A stretch of 63,723 bases of DNA, filler included, from Aduncisulcus paluster (Eukaryota), in assembly GCA_024181965.1 (NCBI GenBank). It is 12 parts of 12 records of this genome, joined end to end, with 100 filler letters (N's around TTAATTAATTAA, not from the genome) between each part and the next. Parts side by side here need not be neighbours in the genome. Positions count along the whole stretch, not along the records: positions 58,706 to 61,267 come from BQXS01010128.1; positions 61,368 to 63,723 come from BQXS01010130.1; 10 more parts are not named here. The stretch is one strand, 5' to 3'. Shown here piece by piece: positions 59,601 to 63,723 of this stretch; positions within the stretch are counted from its first letter, which is position 1; each line of letters begins with the position of its first letter. A program made the translations under genes and the position numbers. The notes under the pieces were generated by a model, which saw only the letters and a list, made by a program, of their open reading frames with translations, ran no database searches and had not been told where the DNA came from.

Positions 59601-61265
59601 TTATTCTTCCTCTAAAGCACCAAACACTTTCAATAGAGCACTTGGAGAAGGATCTCTCCCAAGATATTGAGTGACAAGATCGAGTTCATCAGCAGTTCCA
59701 CCAGGTCTGAAAAGACATTCTTTCACCTTTCTTCCCTCTTTGGAGAACCGTTTACAGTATTCGCGAATTGTACCTTCACCATCATCGTCTTTGGATCTTC
59801 CACCACTCTCCATCATATGTTCAAAGCAATCAATGCTCATAACATTACTCCAGAGGTATCCATAATAATTAGCACTGTATCCTCCAACAATATGAGCAAA
59901 GTTACCAGCCCCGCATGTTCCTGAGGTATTCTGAGTCATACTTACAGACATCCTGAGACTTTCCCAAGTAGAAACAAGATCTTCAACGGATGAGAGCAAA
60001 GGTTTCCTCTTAAAAGCACCCATTTCTTCCTTTTCTTCCTCATCCTTGGCGAGGGGATAATGAAGAGTCATATCAAATATTCCAAAGAACAATTGACGAA
60101 CATGAAACATACCAACATTACTTTGTCTGGTGCGAAGAAGTTTCTCAAGGAGATCATCAGTAATCATTTCTCCAGTTTCATGGTGTTTGCATATGCGCTT
60201 GAGGATTCCTCTGTCCCAAGCGAACCCTTCTTGGAATTGAGAAGGAGTTTCGACATAATCGCTTGCCACGCCATTCACACCACAAAGTGAAGGAGAGATG
60301 ACTTCACATGTCAATTCATGGAGAGTATGACCAAGCTCATGGAAGAGGGTCTCTACTTCATCGTGAGTAAGCAGAGCAGGGGCCTCAGGGGTGGATTCAG
60401 TAAAGTTGGCGAGGATACCAACAACGGCAGGTTGAGCTCTGTCCCGAAGCTCTCTCATCAAATCAGCATCACTATACTCGATACCACTCACACGACACAA
60501 GGCACTCTTGGCAGAGGAGTCCCAGAATCGTCTACGACAGGGTTGAACGATTGGAAGCATACAGGCGTGGGAATACTTTCCAGTCCTTGGATGAAGGTCA
60601 CACACAAGGTAACCGAGGAAACGGTGCTCTTTAGGGAGAGGGTTTTCAGGGTCCTCAGCAGTATATACAGCAAATGGACGAACATCGGCATGCCAAACAC
60701 GAACTTTCCCATCGGAAGTGAGCATGGATGTCTTACGGATCCGTTGAGCAATCAAACATCCTTCAGCAATCAAAGCATCTTTATCAACGGGACTCTTCTC
60801 TTCCTTTTTCTCTTCTCCTTCCTCCTCTTTCGCTCCTTCCTCTTCCTTTGCTCCTTCCTCTTCCTTTGCTCCTTCCTCTTTTTCTTCCTTCAATTCTGGT
60901 TCATCTACTTCCTTTTCGACTTCAATGATCTCAACACCGAGCACTTCTTCAAAAATAGCAAAGATACTCTTAAAAGTGGAAGAGAGCTCAAAATAGGGAC
61001 GTACAAGTTCCTTATCGAATTGGTACTCCTTCTCTTCGATCTTTTGGAGCAAATATGAGATATCACAGGCGTTGAACATCTCTTGTTCACCCTCATCGAC
61101 GGCAACAGACTCCCCACATTCTTCCCTTCCGATGGAGAAGGCACGTTCTCTCTCAAGGTCAGCCTGTTTCTTGAATTTAGAGAAGATATCATTCAAGAAA
61201 TCTTGAACCTTCTCAGGATTCTTAGCCATATTCTCAATCTGAACGAGATGAGCATGACTCTTGTA
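59601..61265 (-). CDS. M3A metallopeptidase (thimet oligopeptidase/neurolysin-like), 5'-truncated
   Basis: MAKNPEKV..FL, RPYF, VWHADV, DLHPRTGKYSHA, LLTHDEVETLFHELGH, DYVETPSQ and FAHIVGGYSANYYGYLWS. Confidence 0.93.
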   Translation of the reverse strand, partial: YKSHAHLVQIENMAKNPEKVQDFLNDIFSKFKKQADLERERAFSIGREECGESVAVDEGEQEMFNACDISYLLQKIEEKEYQFDKELVRPYFELSSTFKSIFAIFEEVLGVEIIEVEKEVDEPELKEEKEEGAKEEEGAKEEEGAKEEEGEEKKEEKSPVDKDALIAEGCLIAQRIRKTSMLTSDGKVRVWHADVRPFAVYTAEDPENPLPKEHRFLGYLVCDLHPRTGKYSHACMLPIVQPCRRRFWDSSAKSALCRVSGIEYSDADLMRELRDRAQPAVVGILANFTESTPEAPALLTHDEVETLFHELGHTLHELTCEVISPSLCGVNGVASDYVETPSQFQEGFAWDRGILKRICKHHETGEMITDDLLEKLLRTRQSNVGMFHVRQLFFGIFDMTLHYPLAKDEEEKEEMGAFKRKPLLSSVEDLVSTWESLRMSVSMTQNTSGTCGAGNFAHIVGGYSANYYGYLWSNVMSIDCFEHMMESGGRSKDDDGEGTIREYCKRFSKEGRKVKECLFRPGGTADELDLVTQYLGRDPSPSALLKVFGALEEE

Positions 61266-61368
61266 ACNNNNNNNNNNNNNNNNNNNNNNNNNNNNNNNNN
61301 NNNNNNNNNNNTTAATTAATTAANNNNNNNNNNNNNNNNNNNNNNNNNNNNNNNNNNNNNNNNNNNNC

Positions 61369-63723
61369 CCCAAATTTGTCAACTCCCCGTCAATATCCAT
61401 TGTTGCTGATTCTCAGATTTGTGGCTGTGATGATGAGTTCTCAACCATTGATGCCATTTCCGAGGATATTGTGTGTGCTCGTCCCGTTCCCAACCGTTCC
61501 GATGGTCCGTGGACTGCCGTGTGTTCCAGTCATAGTTATACGACATACATGCCCGATGACTCTTCCATGGCCCCACTTGGGTTCACATGCACCTCTGTGC
61601 TGGATGAAGTTTCCGTGTCATGTGATGGTGGATGCGCTTATGGGCAAGAGTGCAGAGTATCAACTGAGAGTGCGAGTGCAGGAATGTCATTCTGTGCAGA
61701 TGTGATCGTAGATGCCGGATTGAGGGCAGTTGTCAGTGAATTGGTTCCGGCTGAATACAAGGAAGATGGTTCTGGGCTGTTTAGTGTGGCTTCGCTGAAG
61801 AATGTTGAACAAGTGGAAGGCGACGAGAGTGAATTATTATCTCTTGAATATGATGCATCAGACATTTCCATTTTATATTCAAATTTAACTACCATTGAAG
61901 GAATTGAACATATTATTAACCTTCAAAAGATCCGCATTACAAATCATCCAGAACTTACCGATATTTCAATCATCAAGACACTTTCTCAACTCGAGTATAT
62001 TTCTTTTGCTGGGTGTGATAATGATATTTTGAATTCGATATATTTGGATCTATTTTTAGGACTTTCTCACCTTAACTTGTCAAATACTTTTATTTCCACT
62101 CTTAGTGCAGATTCTTTTATTTTGGAGGACATTTCCTTAATGTCTTTGGATAATCTTGAATATTTCGATATTTCTTCCGATGATCAAAGATGTCAGCTTG
62201 CTGCACTTCCGAGAATTCCAGTGATCAACCGACTGTATCTCTCTGGATGTTCTTTTGTCTCTGATTTATCCTCTGATATCTTCCTTTCTGCCTCTGTAAT
62301 AGACATATCGTACACAAGTGTATCAATGATTGATATTGTATCCAGTGTTGAGACAACTCCAAGTGAGAAACTAATCAATCTATATTTAGATGGATGTGAT
62401 TTGAGAAGTGTTTCCTCTCAACTCCAGTTCTTTGATGTGTTCCCAATGTTGGAAGTACTCAGTATCAATAACACTGGTCTGCCCTCGATTCTAAATATAG
62501 CATTTGAGTCTATTTTAAGCTTGACTCTGAGTGAACTTTATGCTGATAACAATTCTTGGTATAACATTTACTCGATTGGAACCTTCTCTCATCTTTCCCG
62601 ATTAAGTCTTGCGAATAATTTCATTTCTGATCCTTCCCCATTGTATTCTTTGCCCCTTCTTGAAGATCTTGATCTTTCAAACAATCCAATTTGTGGGAAT
62701 AATGTGTTTGAAACTCTGCAATCCAATCTCTCGGCATCACTTGAAATCCTATCTTTCTCTGTTCCTGAGCTGTTCCAGTTTGGTAAGGATTCTTCAACGA
62801 TTGATCTTTGGCACTGTCCTTGTTCTTTGAATAATTCGGACGGACTGGGAGTCGAACCCCAACTCAGTGATAATATGGTTTGTGCTACAATTATGCCAGA
62901 TGCGTCCTCGATTTATACCATTACACCCGATGGGGAATCTGTTGTTTGGAATGTTGTGTGTGCCAGTGATTCATACTCTACATACAGTTCTAGTGAATCA
63001 TTCACCTGTACACGATCTTCTTCTTCCTTTGAAACACTGGAAGCCTCGAGTTGCGTTGAAGGATGTTTATTCGGATATGAGTGCCGCATGAATTCAGAGA
63101 GTTTGACATCTTCTTGTGTCCATGTCCTCCCTGATATTAGTTTGAAGCAATGTGTGATTGACTCTGGCTTAATTTCATCAGATTGGTATATTCCAAGCAC
63201 TTTAAACCTCATTGATGAAACTGAAATTGCTCTGATTAGCGTATCAGCACTCAAATCACTTTCTCCGAATATTCTTGAAGAAGGATATCAATTATCTTGT
63301 TCTGACACCGATTATTCGATTGTGGATATTCAAAGTCTTGAGCATATGTGCCAAGTCACTTTTCTTGACTTGAGTGAGAATAGTCTTTCCTCTTCTTCTT
63401 CCAATTTAGATTTGTTAGGTATTATGGACAATCTCAATGGATTGGATATTTCTGGCAATAGTGGTATTAGCGACATTCCAGAAATGTATCAACTTGAGTC
63501 CCTTTCTTATCTCAATGTTAGCAACACTCAAGTTACTTTCCCTACATCTGTATGGGCATCAAGATTATTGCCTCAGAGCCTCGTTGTCCTCGATATATCT
63601 TCCACCAATGTTGGAACTTACTCTTTCAATCAGCATATAGCTTCGAGATTGCCCCTTCTTGAGGAATTTTATATGAATAACACTCTCATTGACGATATTA
63701 CACATATGTCATCGTCTCATCAG
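61369..63723 (+). CDS. LRR + Cys-rich repeat protein, partial at both ends (785 codons)
   Basis: Manual translation gives CDGGCAYGQECR, SVASLK, IEGIEHIINL, LSLANNFISDPSPL, LDLSNNPIC and GCLFGYECR. It is missing from the ORF track because it has no stop. Confidence 0.85.

Noticed and set aside
5278-61367. Regularly recurring TTAATTAATTAA palindrome
   Set aside because: It is always centred in 100-nt N spacers, so it is an artificial linker. Gene neighbourhoods across these spacers have no biological meaning.
1-63723. tRNA, rRNA, CRISPR arrays or a reassigned genetic code
   Set aside because: None recognised by eye. Conserved genes end at ordinary TAA/TAG stops with no need for readthrough. 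A tRNAscan/Infernal run would be needed to exclude small RNAs.

Overview
Eukaryotic, AT-rich, intron-poor genomic DNA in the standard genetic code. The gene families (LRR/Cys-rich repeat proteins, PIPRD-repeat proteins, expanded kinases) suggest a free-living fornicate such as Aduncisulcus, but this is inferred from recognition and not checked. The window is not one locus. It is 12 unrelated contigs joined by 11 artificial 100-nt N-TTAATTAATTAA-N spacers, and it also has six internal 20-N gaps flanked by duplicated sequence. Recognisable genes are: a divergent imidazolonepropionase/urocanate hydratase pair, SMC4 (5' end), a frameshifted TYW1 fragment, a rhomboid-like protein, two kinases, a PHO80-like cyclin, a giant ASH/Ig-domain protein, a profilin-like protein, two hAT transposases, UAP1, SmD3, V-ATPase c'', a degenerate Vps4-like ATPase, a BPI/LBP-like protein and an M3 peptidase. 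Two long LRR + Cys-rich ORFs at the window ends are missing from the ORF track because they have no stop codon. Four GTATGT...AG introns can be read directly. The best candidate for an undescribed system is the 1-5277 LRR/Cys-rich array: near-identical Cys-rich blocks alternate with divergent LRR blocks that form a mosaic between copies.
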